The translations under genes were made by a program, and so were the position numbers. Below, one piece after another: positions 52,401-63,409 of a DNA stretch of 64,000 nucleotides (the stretch's first letter is position 1; every line of letters begins with the position of its first letter). The stretch lies in NCBI GenBank assembly GCA_050575255.1, contig JBNZDD010013623.1, positions 2,901,912-2,965,911 on the forward strand. Reading direction: 5' to 3'. The notes below the pieces were generated by a model, which had not been told where the DNA came from, did no database searches, and worked only from the letters and a program-made list of their open reading frames with translations. The stretch comes from Harriotta raleighana. Its lineage: Eukaryota.

Positions 52401-55400
52401 GGTTGGTCCTGTACCTGGAGGCTGATTGGTTGGTTTGGTTGGTCCTGTACCTGGAGGCTGATTGGTTGGTTTGGTTGGTCCTGTACCTGGAGGCTGATTG
52501 GTTGGTTTGGTTGGTCCTGTACCTGGAGGCTGATTGGTTGGTTTGGTTGGTCCTGTACCTGGAGGCTGATTGGTTGGTTTGGTTGGTCCTGTACCTGGAG
52601 GCTGATTGGTTGGTTTGGTTGGTCCTGTACCTGGAGGCTGATTGGTTGGTTTGGTTGGTCCTGTACCTGGAGGCTGATTGGTTGGTTTGGTTGGTCCTGT
52701 ACCTGGAGGCTGATTGGTTGGTTTGGTTGGTCCCGTGCCAGTGGTCGGTCTCACAGTTGTGGCTGGATTAAAGATCAACTCGTTACAACACTCATTGACC
52801 CTCAAAATGATTGTCAGAACAGAAGCGTAAAATAATAGAGGGTGGTTGGAATGGGGAATTCTCAGCTTTGTTCAGGCACAAATTAATAAGAAGTTAAATA
52901 ATAATCCTTGCATTTGATATAACACTTTTCATGTCTTCTAGATGTCTCAAAGTGCTTCTCATTATAAAGTGAATTGAGTGTATATTTGTGAGCAAAACAT
53001 ATCTAATTCCATCTAAATTGAATTATTTTCAAGGGGAATTAGAGGGGTGCCCGAACTAGGACAGAAGGGTGGGATTATAAAATATGTTTGACCACACTTA
53101 AGATGGTGAAATAACATGATTATCCCATATTTTATAGAATGATAAGCCTTCTTTTCTAAGGTGCACTTCACTTCCATTCCAACCTTACCCTCCGTGTACA
53201 TCACAAACCATTCACAGCTGAATGGGACAGTCACTATCTTATTGCTTTGAAAGGACCAGAGTAAAGTTTATACAGAGGAAACTTTTCTACAGTTAGGTGA
53301 CAGGTTATCCGCACATGTCCATGCTTGAAGGTTACAAACTACACCTTTCCCTTTCTGGAAATGGCTCAAACAAATTCCGACTCAAACTAGCTCAACACAA
53401 AGCAGTAGTCATACCTGGGGCTTTAACCCAACCTCCCTGCTCTCCAATGACTTGTTAAATACTGAACGACAAGCACATAATTATAGCATTGAACTTTCAC
53501 AAACACACATAAGGTACCAGGATGTTAATGTTATTCCGAGGACCCACAAACTACTCAGCCCCTTGATTCAAGGTCAGTTTTTTGTAGTTCTCAAAAAGAA
53601 CATACTTCAAAATCAAGACCCTTAAATTTTAAGACAAATGGTTTTATAATAATCCTTGCATTTGATATAGCGCTTTTCATGTCTTCAAGACGTCTCAAAG
53701 TGCTTCACAGAATATATTGTAAAGTGAATTGACTGGATATTTGTGGGCAAAATGCGACAGCCAATTGCAGACAGCATTGTCCCACAAACAGTCGTGGATT
53801 GAAATGAAATTATGATTGGTTTTGCTTTGACAGATTATTATTAGGCATGTGGAGTAAGGAAACTTGCCCAAGGTTTCACCCTGATCTGCCTGGATTCAAA
53901 ACACAGGTCTCACGCTGAGCTACAGGACTTGAGGTTAAGACCCTGAGAAAATACAGGCTTCAATTGATTCTATCGAGATCTGGTTCAACAACTTGCATTT
54001 ATATAGCACCCTTCACACGAGATAGTGTCCTGGAGCCCTTCATGGATGTATGATTTGAAGGCAGGAAATAATATTTACCATCAGTGCTGCTAACCTTCAA
54101 CTGGACAAAGGTTTCAACCTTGTCTCCGTTCAATGTATCTTGAGCGGTTACCTGTGAAACGACAACAGAAATACCTTGCACATCATACAATGACAAATTA
54201 CTTTGCTTTAATCGCAGTGAGTGTTTGAATGTATTCCCCAAATTCTCCGAGCCCTGGAGAAAAGGATGCATTCTATTCACAGAACAAGTCCAAGGGGATC
54301 ATCGACAACAGCACATCAACATCTTGCAAGAGTTAGCTGATTTGTTGGGCCTTTTTCTCTCCCACTAAAATCAAGCAGCTAATATACTGCATGTCACTTT
54401 TTTCCCCATTTCAAAAATGTGCTGTTTTATTTCTCAATAACAATAAAAATAATCACAATCTTTGCATTTGATATATAGTAGTGCCTTATCATATTGAAGC
54501 ATTTTTTGCTAAGTTTTTTTGTAAGCTGCAAGTACAGGTATCCCCCGATTTATGAAGTCTCTATTTACATGATTTTGATTTAATTAACAAAAATTTTTTA
54601 ACACCTTTTTATCGATGTACAATATTTTGTTTCGTTTTAAATTTTGCGCATTTTTTTGCGCATGGGCGATATATAGAGTATTTCATGGTAAATGCACAGT
54701 ATGTATACTGTATCCAAGCTGTATCGTTGGCACTGCATTAAATTGAATCTGTGGCTTTGGGATAATGGAAAATTAACACTTTGTTTCAATATCTACCCTT
54801 GTCGATTAAACGGAAAATAACTTTCATTGTGGAGTCTAATTGAATCAAAGCTTTACCTTTAATTCAAACTGTTCATCTGGAGTGGAAAATACGGTCGTTA
54901 TCAAGATGAGCCCATCTTTGGTTATTCTGAATTTGTCACTGGGTGAAATCTCATACACGATGGAAGGATTTAAATGCTATAGAAGATAAAAGAAAAACAC
55001 AGCACTGTTGAAATATTTTTGTTCTGAAGGCTTGTTGCAGTTTGTATTCACATTCAAAGCCCTCTATGGCCTTGCCCCACCCCATATCTGCAACCTCCTA
55101 ACCCCCTACCAACCTGCCCATCTTTTCCACTCAGCAGACTCTGGCCTGCTCCGCGTTTGGTGATATCTGGTGATATCTGGTGCAGGTCCATATCTGGCAC
55201 ATACCTACTACTACGTACAACAGCAACAATAACAAAATTACAACTTGCATAATGCCTTTCACGTTGGGAGTGTGTCCCAAGGTGCTGGACAGTCAATGTT
55301 TCAGATCCGAGCTGAGGGAGGGATCGGGGAGAGTGGAGGGAAAGGAGGGGATTTGGGGTGACCGATGGTACTGTTGAAGAGGAGGGTCTTGAGGTAGGAC

Positions 55401-58400
55401 TTGAAGGAAGCTAGGGGGTGAGGCAGAGGGTTTGCGGATTGGAATTCTAGGAGTTAGGGACAGAGTGGCTGATGAGATCTTAGCCCTCTCCACCTTTTAA
55501 ACTCTCTATGCCATGCCTCCATAGAGCTGGGTGGAGAGGAAGATCAATAAACATTATTTTGGTCAGCTGGATGACTAAATCCATCGCCTTGCTTCAGATT
55601 GTCCAAACCAAATTGAGAATTCCTTGCATTCCACCTACACATGGGAATTCCAGTTATGTATTGTTGGAATTGAATGCGCACTCTCCCCCTGGAGCGATGC
55701 ATCCTGTTTACTTAATTCCGGAAATTAATTACTTAATTTAAGCACAAGTTGGCAAGAGCCAAGGCTTGGGGACCTCAGTGTATGTGTTGGACTTTAACCA
55801 GTCAAAAGTGCAGAGCTCACTGATAAGCTTTCCTGCTGCTTGCCCAGCTTGGATCTCCCTACCCATTAGATCTTTGACTTGCAGGGTTAACAGGAGTGGG
55901 AGGATTCCTTGATCCTGGGGACTGGTCTGCCGTTCCAAGTCCTGCAATGCACCACCCTATTCATTGTGTTCATTAACCACATGTTGGATGGCATCAGCAA
56001 ACAAGACAAACAGGATACTTGGGCAACAACACCCAACCACCAAAATCACATATAAGCTGTAAATTGTACTAAACAACCACCTTTAACAATCCCATTGGAA
56101 AATGAACTCTAAGCAAAGCTTACACTTACGCTGGGATAGTCTGCATCCTGAGCTTGAACAATCAAAGGCTTTGTCTCTTTCTCCAGCACAAAGCTGCCAA
56201 CTTCTGAGTTCAGCACTACATACCCAGTGTACAATGGATTTGCAAATGTGGGAAGACTGTTATTTGTTTCCGCGACTTTGATGGTAACAGAGGTTGTCGC
56301 GTACTTGTATGGATCATTCTGCTGGTAAGCCTGTAGAATGGTGAAACAAAGGTTAACCGCTGTTCTGCCATTTGCACCTCTGTGCCAACCCAGTACACTC
56401 TGCCTCCGAGTCAGACCGTGGTTGTTTCAAGCCCCATATTGAGGGCGACACTCCAGGGCAGTGCTGGGGATGCACTGTATTACTGGCAGTGTTGTCCATC
56501 AAATAAGACTCTAATCTGAGTCACCGTCACTTGTTCAGATGGACGCTATAAAGCCCATTGCACTATTTGTGAAATGAAGGATGTTTCTCCTGGCCAACAA
56601 TCCTCCAGGTTAAATTTGTCACTCACTCCGTGACTGTATATAGGAAGTTGCTGCTATATAGTGCAGTTTGGCTGCTGAGATCGCCTACAAAATACACTCA
56701 CTACATTTTACAGCAAACTCCCTGTAAAGCGATCTGAAGCATCTTCCTGAAATGTATGATTATTATTAAGATACAGCATTGCCTTTGTGTGTGTTTCTGC
56801 TGAGACATTGTGGGTAAAAATTCAGTATTGCCCAAAATGCTTTTGGCGAGGGGGGTAAGACTGAACTCTTATCCCATAGTGACATATTTCAAACAATAGA
56901 GACACTTATACGCACCATGACTGTCAGTATAAATGGGCCTAAGGTGTCGACGGGGTTTACCAATGTTATGTTCCCATTAGTTGAATCAATTTTAAAATAG
57001 CCCTTCTGGTTTCCTAGGTAATGGAAAAAGAACAGCAAGTAAAAGCAAAATGAAGGACAATTTAACTCAATGCATGTTACCTTCCCTCCAACATTCGAGC
57101 AAGACTACAATACCTTATTCAACATGAGCAAAAGGTCCACTTCACTTCTAAATCATAATAATAATCCTTGCATTTGATGCAGCGCCTTATCACTTCGTCG
57201 AGATGTCTCAATGCGCTTTATAGAAAATACTGGTAAAGTGAATTGACTGTACATTTTGTGGGCGAAACGCGGCAGCCAATTGCACATAGCATTGTAAGCA
57301 TTGAGGCCACACTCAACTTACTCACCATCTATGATCTCGTACATGATGGGTTCATTAATTCCTTTGTCGCCGTCAAGAGCATAAAGAGGTCCAGGTGCCA
57401 AAGTCAGTGGGCCAGTCTGCAGCCAAGTAAGACAGTCAGATCAAAGCAGGTCAGATCATTGCAATTAAAACAAGACAGAGAGAGAGAGATAGGATATGAT
57501 TGACCATACACTTAGTTTAGTACCTGTGCCTCGTTTATGGTGACATGTCCGTTGTAAACTGCATTGATGCAGATGTTGTTCTTTGAAGAAACCATGCATG
57601 GCTGGAAGTTCGGAGGCTGGTTGTCTTCATCTAACACCTTAATGTTGATTGTCACTGTGGCAGTCACTTTATGTGGAGGAGTACCTGCATCCTGATAAAT
57701 TGACAAACAACAAATCAGCCAGGGCTCCTTTCGGTGCTCAAAAAAAGCTCCTTTAAATTAATTCACCGGAGATGAGGTACAGTATACAGAGAAAAATCTT
57801 ACATTTGCACACAGAATCAGCTGCAAGTTCTTAACCTTCTCGTAGTCTAGTGCTTTTTTCAGGCTGATTTCCGGCTGATACTGATTTTTTAATTCAAAAT
57901 AGTCACTTCCATTCTGTGTTTAAAAACAATTAAAAACAGGTAAGATTTCTTGTGTATTATGATGTAGGAAATTTTAGTGAAACTGCATGTTGGCACTTAC
58001 TGAATTTGTCTGCAATCTGTAAGAAATCACATCTCCATCAGCATCTTTGGCCGTGATAGTAGTCCAGTGTCCAATTCGTAATAACTTTAAGAAATATATA
58101 TATTATAAAAAGTTAAATTCAACTCAAATGGAATTGGCATTTAATATCCTTTCTTGACTAAGCAAGTATGAGTGTAACAAACCAGAAAGCACACAAATCA
58201 ATTTAGAATTAATGGACCCAAGTTGGCTCATTATACTTTGGGATGTCTTAAACACAACAGGTTAATAGTTGGTTCCGATTGATGAAAAAACAGCAACTTG
58301 CATTTATATAGAGCTCCCCACGTAGAGAGACATCCCAGGACGCTTGACATTGGCAGAGCACAACCCCGATCAAGGGGGAAGTGACCAAAGGCCATCTCAA

Positions 58401-61400
58401 AGAGGGTGGTCTTCAGACACAATCTGGGGAAGGAGGGGGCAAGGCGGTGGGAGAGAAGAAGTATTTCAGAGTTTCCGTGTGAAGGGCATGAGAGATATGC
58501 AGGAGGTTGGAGCAGTGGCAGCAGGCAGTGGGTTGGGAGTAAGTAGGTTGGAGAGGAAGGGAGGAGCTAGAGCGAGAAGACTTGACTGAAAATACGACCC
58601 CTGTAACATGTGTTACTATTAAACTCGTAAAAATGAAAGACCACGAAAAATGTGATTCCAATCACATATGCTGCAATGACAAATTACAGGGGTTAAATCA
58701 GGCTTTCCATTCCACAACACCCTCCTCTGGAAGCGAAGCTACATCTCTTCCCAGATATAAGCAGTTTAATATATTTATAGAACAAAATGACATTATTAAA
58801 AACACTTTAATCTTTTCCAGATGAAAATGGCTTCATGCCATTAACCTTACCTCTCCAATTTCCACATCCATCGATGTTTTGTTGAATTTTGGAGAATTAT
58901 CATTGACGTTCTTAATCTGAATAATGAAATTTAAGTTTTCCTCCTAGTCAGAAATAATCAAAATCATCATCAACAACAATAACAAATTGCATTTATATAG
59001 CATCCTTAACACACAGTAGCATCTCAAGAGAAATTCAGCAAAACTTTGATGATTGGACTAACAAATGTTTAAATGTAATTCACAGATTAGCATCTCAGAA
59101 AATAAGTTTCTCAAAGATTCGTGCTCTCTACATGATTTTATAGTACTTAATAAGATCAACTCTTCTATAGTACTATCGTGTGGATGAATATGGCAGCCAG
59201 TTTATACACAGCATTTTCCAGTAAATAGCCATGAAGTGAATGACCATTTTTTTATGTGGGGGATTGTTGGCCCTGGTAAGAAATTCACTTCTCTTTATTG
59301 AATACTGCAGTGCCACCAGATCCTCAACCAGTATTCTAATCAGCTGCTTTCATTTTGATGCTTTATGCAATGCAAACATCCACTTCAATAATGGTTAAGT
59401 CTAAACAATTGCTTACCAGTTTACTTGGCAGAGTACATAGTAATTCCACCTGCAGCAATATGGTTGATTTATTCTGGGGAAAAATAATAAGGTCAATCCA
59501 GTTAATATTAAATTATAAATAGATAACAAATGAAAATGTTTTGCCCAGGTTTCGCTTGCTAGTTAATAAATATTGTAATAAAACAATGCTTGGTTGGGGT
59601 AAATACATTCAAAGCGTTCCAGCCTGGAGACTGCATTCAGTTTTGGGTACTGCACCTCAGGAAGGATATATTGTCTCTGGAGGGGGAGAAAGATACCAGA
59701 CTGAAAGGGTTAAATCGTGAGGATAGGTTGTATAAGTTGTTCAGTTTATATATGTTTCAGTTGACTTTTCAGCGCTTTGGGACGTCCTCCCAATGTGAAA
59801 GGAGCTCTATAAGTCTAATTTTGTAATTGTTGTCTTTTGGGCAGGGGGGTGAGCTAAGTGAGGTTTTTTTTAGATAGTAAAGGAATTTGATAGGCTAGAT
59901 ACAGAGAACCTACCCTCCTCTGGTGGGGAAATCCAGTACAAGGGTATAATCTTAAATTAGAGCTAGGTCATTTAGGAATGAAATCAGGAGATAATGTTTC
60001 AACCAAAAGGTAGTGAATACCTGGAACTCCTCCCCTCAAAAGGCTATGGATGCTGGATGAATTCACATCTTCACGACTGAGGTCATATGTGTTACGTTAC
60101 AGAATTAAGCAATGCAAGGGAAGAGCGGGTAATTGGAGTTGAGGTACAGATCAGCCATGGTCTTTTTTTTATTTATTTATTTATTTATTAACTAAATAAA
60201 TAAAAAATGGTCTTATAAAATGGTGGAACAGGCTCAAGGTGCTGAATGGCCTACACCTGTTTCTACATTTCAATGTTTCCAAATACGATTATACTTTCAC
60301 CCATGTTAACGCATGTTTAAACCACTCTGTTGTTACGAAGGGCATAAAGATAAGATAACCAGTAGCAAATCAGGAAGGGAGTTTAAAGACAAAGTGCTTC
60401 ATGCAGAGGGTAATGAAAATAATAAAAATAATAATCCTTGCATTTGATATAGTGCTTCTCACATTTTTTAGACGTCTCAAAGTGCTTCACACAATATACT
60501 GTTTACTTGTGGATGAAACACGATAGCCAATTGCGCACAGCAGTGTCCCCGAAACAGTCATGGATTGAAAATGATCGTATTATTATTGTTTTATTTCCAA
60601 GGGAATATAATTAGACATCTGGAGTAAGGAAACTTGCCCAAGATTTCACCCTCTCTAAAATTTAATCCACATCTCTCGCGAGTGTTCTAACCACTGAGCT
60701 ACAGGACTCCATTAGTAGCAGAAGGTGTGTTCAAAGCAAATAGCATCAATGTATTTTAGAGAAAACTTGATGCATAAACATGGGAGAAGAGAAATATGGG
60801 GGTGCAGGACAGGTGAATAGGAGAGGAGGGAGTATAACCATAGGAATGACATTATTAATAATAATAATCTTTGCATTTGATATCGCGCTTTTTCACCTCT
60901 TATCAATATCTCAAAGTGCTTCACAGAATATACTGTAAAGTGAATTGACTGTATATTTGTGGGCGAACGAAATGAGGCAGACAATTGTGCACAGCAATGT
61001 CCACAAACAGTTGTGAATTGAAATGAGCAATTTATTATTATTATTATGGTATTTTTTGGGGGGATTATTATTAGGCATGTGGAGTGAGGAAATTTGTCCA
61101 ACGTTTCGACCTGATCTGCCTGGGTTCGAACACCCATCTCTCGCTTATAAGGTGAGGGCTCTAACCACTAACTACGGGAGCTCCACTCCTGGGGGGAAAA
61201 AGGACTATTTCTGGGCCGTGTTACTGTATGTAACAAAATGCTTCACTTCAGTTTTGCTTACCTCATAATCAACGGGGGCAACGAGAATCAGGTTGTCGCC
61301 TTCTATAGTAAACATCGGTACCTGATCTTGGTTGTTTATTATCACATTGACATCAGGTTTCTTGATTATCGTAGTTATGTTAAATTTAGGTATTTTGTCC

Positions 61401-62991
61401 TCTTCCATGATCAGAACTTCTTCGGATATACAACATGCTGAAATAATAATAATATAATAAGAATCCTTACATTTATATAGCGATTTCCACATCTTATCAA
61501 CGTCTCAAAGCACTTTACATAATACAAGAGTGTCCCAATGTAAGGACCAGAACAGAGGGGGGAGGGGTCAGGATAGGGAGAAGAAAAGAGGGAAGAAAGG
61601 GGGGAAAAGAGGTAGGGACCAGAGCAGGGGGGGAGGGGTCAGGGTAGGGGGAAGGGGAGTAGGAAAATTGACTGTATATTTGTGGATGAAACGCAGCAGC
61701 CAAATTGCGTACAGCAGTGTCCCACAAACAGTCGTGGAAGTGGAGCCAGGGGAGAAAGGTGGGAAAGAGGGTAAGGGGAGGGGTTGGGATAGGGAGGAGA
61801 ACAGGAAAACCGACTGTATATTTGTGGGCAAAACATGGCAGCCAAATTGCACATAGTAGTCTCCCACAAACAGTCACGGAAATGGGACCAGGGGAGAAAG
61901 GGGGAAAAGAGGTCAATTGGGGAGAGGGAGGGAAAGGCGGGGTGGGGGAAATTCAGGGAGAAAAGTGGGGGAGAAAGGTGGGTAAGGGGGCAGAGGGAGC
62001 GAAAGGTGGGTGTGGGACAATATTAGGGAGAAATGGGGAGAAGGGGGGTAAGAGGGAAGAGGGAAAAGGGGGTTAAGAGGGAAGAGGGAAAAGGGGGAAG
62101 AGAACAACAACACCAACAACTTTGTTTTATATGACACCCTCCACGCTGGACGGCGTGTCAGAGCGCTTAACAATAGCGGATCCCGGGACCGAGGCAGGGG
62201 CAGAAAGGTGACCAAAAGCGCGGTCGAAGAGAAAAGTCTTCAAGCTGTGACCTGAAACTGGGAAGAGAGGGGGCGAGGCGAAGGGAGTGAGGAAGAGAGT
62301 TCCAGAGCCTCGGGGTGTAGTGGTTGAAAGCATGGCTGCCGAGGGTGGAGCAGAGGATTCGGGAGACATGAAGGAGGCCAGACCCAGAGGAGCGAAGGCA
62401 GCGGGTGTTGGTTTGGGGTGAGATAAGATCAGAGAGATAGTGGGGGTGCAGAGGAGTGGAGGGATTGTGAGGATCTTGAAGTCGATCCTCTCTGGGATAG
62501 GGAGCCAGTGAAGTCTGGCAAGGAGTGGGTTAAGGGGGAGCAAAGCTTGGAGCGGGTGAGTATGAAAAAGGGGAAAAGGAGGGGAAGGGAAGAAAAAGAA
62601 AAGGGAGGGGAAAGGTTAGGGTTCAGGGCGGGATTAAAGAACAACAATCAACAAAATCAACAAAATAACAACAACAACAAATTATATCATGTTGGGAGAA
62701 CATCCCAAGGTGCTGGACAGTCAGGAATTTGGACCCAAGCAGGAGTTTAGGATTGGGAGAGGAGAACGGCAGGCAGGATAGTTGTAGGTGGGTGACTGAA
62801 GACGCAGTCGAAGAGGAGGGTCTCGACATGAGCTTTGAAAGAGAAACACTGGAGATGAATTAGTTAAAGGTTTGAAGATTACCTTCTGTGGGCTGAGAAC
62901 ACCACCGCTCAGCTGTACTTTGAAGAAACAAGCAAAATACCAGAGATAACCAGAGGTATCTATAACACTGAAGTAAGTGTTTTGGTTGCAT
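39976..62991 (-). CDS. CDHR5: Cadherin-related family member 5 (mucin-cadherin), spliced CDS: join(62883-62991, 61262-61437, 59417-59473, 58851-58943, 58001-58084, 57803-57913, 57524-57691, 57326-57416, 56916-57013, 56130-56330, 54857-54976, 54079-54151, 46349-46690, 40994-41178, 39976-40446), about 792 aa without the VNTR exon
   Basis: Signal peptide, cadherin motifs (VDYE, NVNDNSPKF, AKDADGD, LDYE, DEDNQPPNFQPC, PGPLYALDGDKGIN), PTS mucin exon, TM helix, and CDHR5-type tail KSILTKERKSDEGYKAVWFREDI; all phases consistent. Confidence 0.92.
40994..41178 (-). CDS. CDHR5: CDHR5 transmembrane exon (YEVKHMVALGVPLAILLLIALIIIAILLRKISK...)
   Basis: hydrophobic helix followed by basic stop-transfer residues; GCC|gtaagt donor. 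Confidence 0.93.
45156..45329. repeat. 35-bp minisatellite x5 with alternating A/B variants
   Basis: ccgcaaagttcattgtgaaag[cgtttc/agttta]gcttcaag units start at 45156, 45191, 45226, 45261, 45296. Confidence 0.95.
46349..46690 (-). CDS. CDHR5: CDHR5 mucin-like PTS exon (SATTAATTVSGGSRPTKPPTQPPSPEP...DGTATGST)
   Basis: aatccag acceptor, A|gtaagc donor, 342-nt symmetric phase 1-1 open frame, P/T/S/G-rich. Confidence 0.85.
50480..51545 (+). mobile_element. L2 LINE 3' fragment
   Basis: DDTQ, LQLNVNKTE, SRL.Y.NALLVGLP..LQIIQNSA; L2 3' tail. Confidence 0.85.
52140..52762 (-). CDS. CDHR5: CDHR5 alternative mucin exon with 15 x GTGPTKPTNQPP repeats, ending in an in-frame TAG
   Basis: aatccag phase-1 acceptor compatible with the upstream exon; Pro/Thr-rich open frame up to TAG at 52140-52142; the 3' boundary is uncertain. 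Confidence 0.6.
52195..52740. repeat. 36-bp coding VNTR, about 15 near-identical copies (gtacctggaggctgattggttggtttggttggtcct)
   Basis: Directly visible tandem array. Confidence 0.97.
53646..53929 (-). mobile_element. Deu SINE
   Basis: Reverse complement of the consensus. Confidence 0.87.
54079..54151 (-). CDS. CDHR5: CDHR5 exon (VTAQDTLNGDKVETFVQLKVSSTD), end of last EC repeat
   Basis: ttcacag acceptor, G|gtaaat phase-1 donor. Confidence 0.88.
54857..54976 (-). CDS. CDHR5: CDHR5 exon (HLNPSIVYEISPSDKFRITKDGLILI...ELK)
   Basis: N..I.Y...F.I..G motif; AAG|gtaaag donor. Confidence 0.88.
56130..56330 (-). CDS. CDHR5: CDHR5 exon (AYQQNDPYKYATTSVTIKV...PTF...VQAQDADYPS)
   Basis: cadherin motifs; AGC|gtaagt donor. 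Confidence 0.9.
56916..57013 (-). CDS. CDHR5: CDHR5 exon (GNQKGYFKIDSTNGNITLVNPVDTLGPFILTVM)
   Basis: GN..F.ID..G.I cadherin motif; phase 1 to 0. Confidence 0.9.
57326..57416 (-). CDS. CDHR5: CDHR5 exon (TGPLTLAPGPLYALDGDKGINEPIMYEIID)
   Basis: PGP..A.DGD.GIN motif; G|gtgagt donor. Confidence 0.92.
57524..57691 (-). CDS. CDHR5: CDHR5 exon (DAGTPPHKVTATVTINIKVLDEDNQPPNFQPC...NEAQ)
   Basis: DxDNxPPxFxPC motif; GT-AG boundaries. Confidence 0.92.
57803..57913 (-). CDS. CDHR5: CDHR5 exon (NGSDYFELKNQYQPEISLKKALDYEKVKNLQLILCAN)
   Basis: LDYE motif; GT-AG boundaries. Confidence 0.9.
58001..58084 (-). CDS. CDHR5: CDHR5 exon (LLRIGHWTTITAKDADGDVISYRLQTNS)
   Basis: AxDxD motif; TCA|gtaagt donor. 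Confidence 0.88.
58851..58943 (-). CDS. CDHR5: CDHR5 exon (EENLNFIIQIKNVNDNSPKF...VEIGE)
   Basis: NDNSP cadherin calcium-binding motif; GAG|gtaagg donor. Confidence 0.9.
59417..59473 (-). CDS. CDHR5: CDHR5 exon (NKSTILLQVELLCTLPSKL)
   Basis: ccccag acceptor, CTG|gtaagc donor, phase 0 to 0. Confidence 0.78.
59620..60285 (+). mobile_element. Degenerate CR1 3' fragment(s)
   Basis: CIQFW..HLRKDI-like peptide and CR1 3' UTR (ggctgaatggcctac). Confidence 0.7.
60427..60711 (-). mobile_element. Deu SINE
   Basis: Reverse complement of the consensus. Confidence 0.82.
60855..61186 (-). mobile_element. Deu SINE
   Basis: Reverse complement of the consensus. Confidence 0.85.
61262..61437 (-). CDS. CDHR5: CDHR5 exon, EC1 (CCISEEVLIMEED...FTIEGDNLILVAPVDYE)
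   Basis: tttcag acceptor, GAG|gtaagc donor, DYE motif. Confidence 0.9.
61445..62100 (-). mobile_element. Composite element: tandem Deu cores separated by purine/pyrimidine-rich linkers
   Basis: Two Deu cores (about 61665-61735 and 61810-61875) with linkers homologous to 19250-19540 on the opposite strand. Confidence 0.65.
62110..62540 (-). mobile_element. L2 LINE 3' end
   Basis: LARLHWLPIPERIDFKIL...LKTFLF; (aac)n tail. Confidence 0.85.
62883..62991 (-). CDS. CDHR5: CDHR5 exon 1, signal peptide (MQPKHLLQCYRYLWLSLVFCLFLQSTAERWCSQPTE)
   Basis: acaATG start, hydrophobic core, G|gtaatc phase-1 donor matching the next exon. Confidence 0.75.
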
Positions 62992-63124
62992 TGTCCCTGG
63001 AGTTTGAACCCCAGCAAAGATCAGGGAAAGAAGGTCCTCAGGTCACAAAAGAAAAACTCTCCAACAAAAATCAACCCTTTGCTTCCCACAGTCCCATAGA
63101 GAGCCGCACGGACAGACTCGACGG

Positions 63125-63285
63125 GCGTGCACTATCTCTGAAAGTTTCAGAAACTGTAACCAGCCCAGCTTGAACACTCAACCTTTGCTTCCAAGCCTTA
63201 TCTCATTATTGTTACACCTTGTGACCCTGAGTGCGTTCCATCCGCAGTGGACCTTTCCCTGCCTCGTCAAAGCCATAAAACCTAA
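63125..63285 (-). promoter_or_regulatory. Putative CDHR5 proximal promoter with CDX (GCCATAAAA 63272-63280), HNF4-like (TGGACCTTT 63248-63256; TCAACCTTTG 63178-63187) and GATA (CTTATCT 63197-63203) motifs
   Basis: Motif matches 130-290 nt upstream of the ATG; consistent with intestinal brush-border expression of CDHR5. Confidence 0.4.
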
Positions 63286-63409
63286 TGAGCTGTTCTGCAT
63301 TCCTCTCGCAAATACAAGCTGGGAACTGAACTGAGCTGCTGATCATAATATGTAATCCTTGCATTTGACACAGTGCCCCATTACATCATTGAGACATCTC
63401 ACTGGTACC

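Noticed and set aside
52259-52771. Plus-strand 170-aa ORF of YLEADWLVWLVL repeats
   Set aside because: Antisense shadow of the CDHR5 36-bp VNTR; no independent gene evidence.
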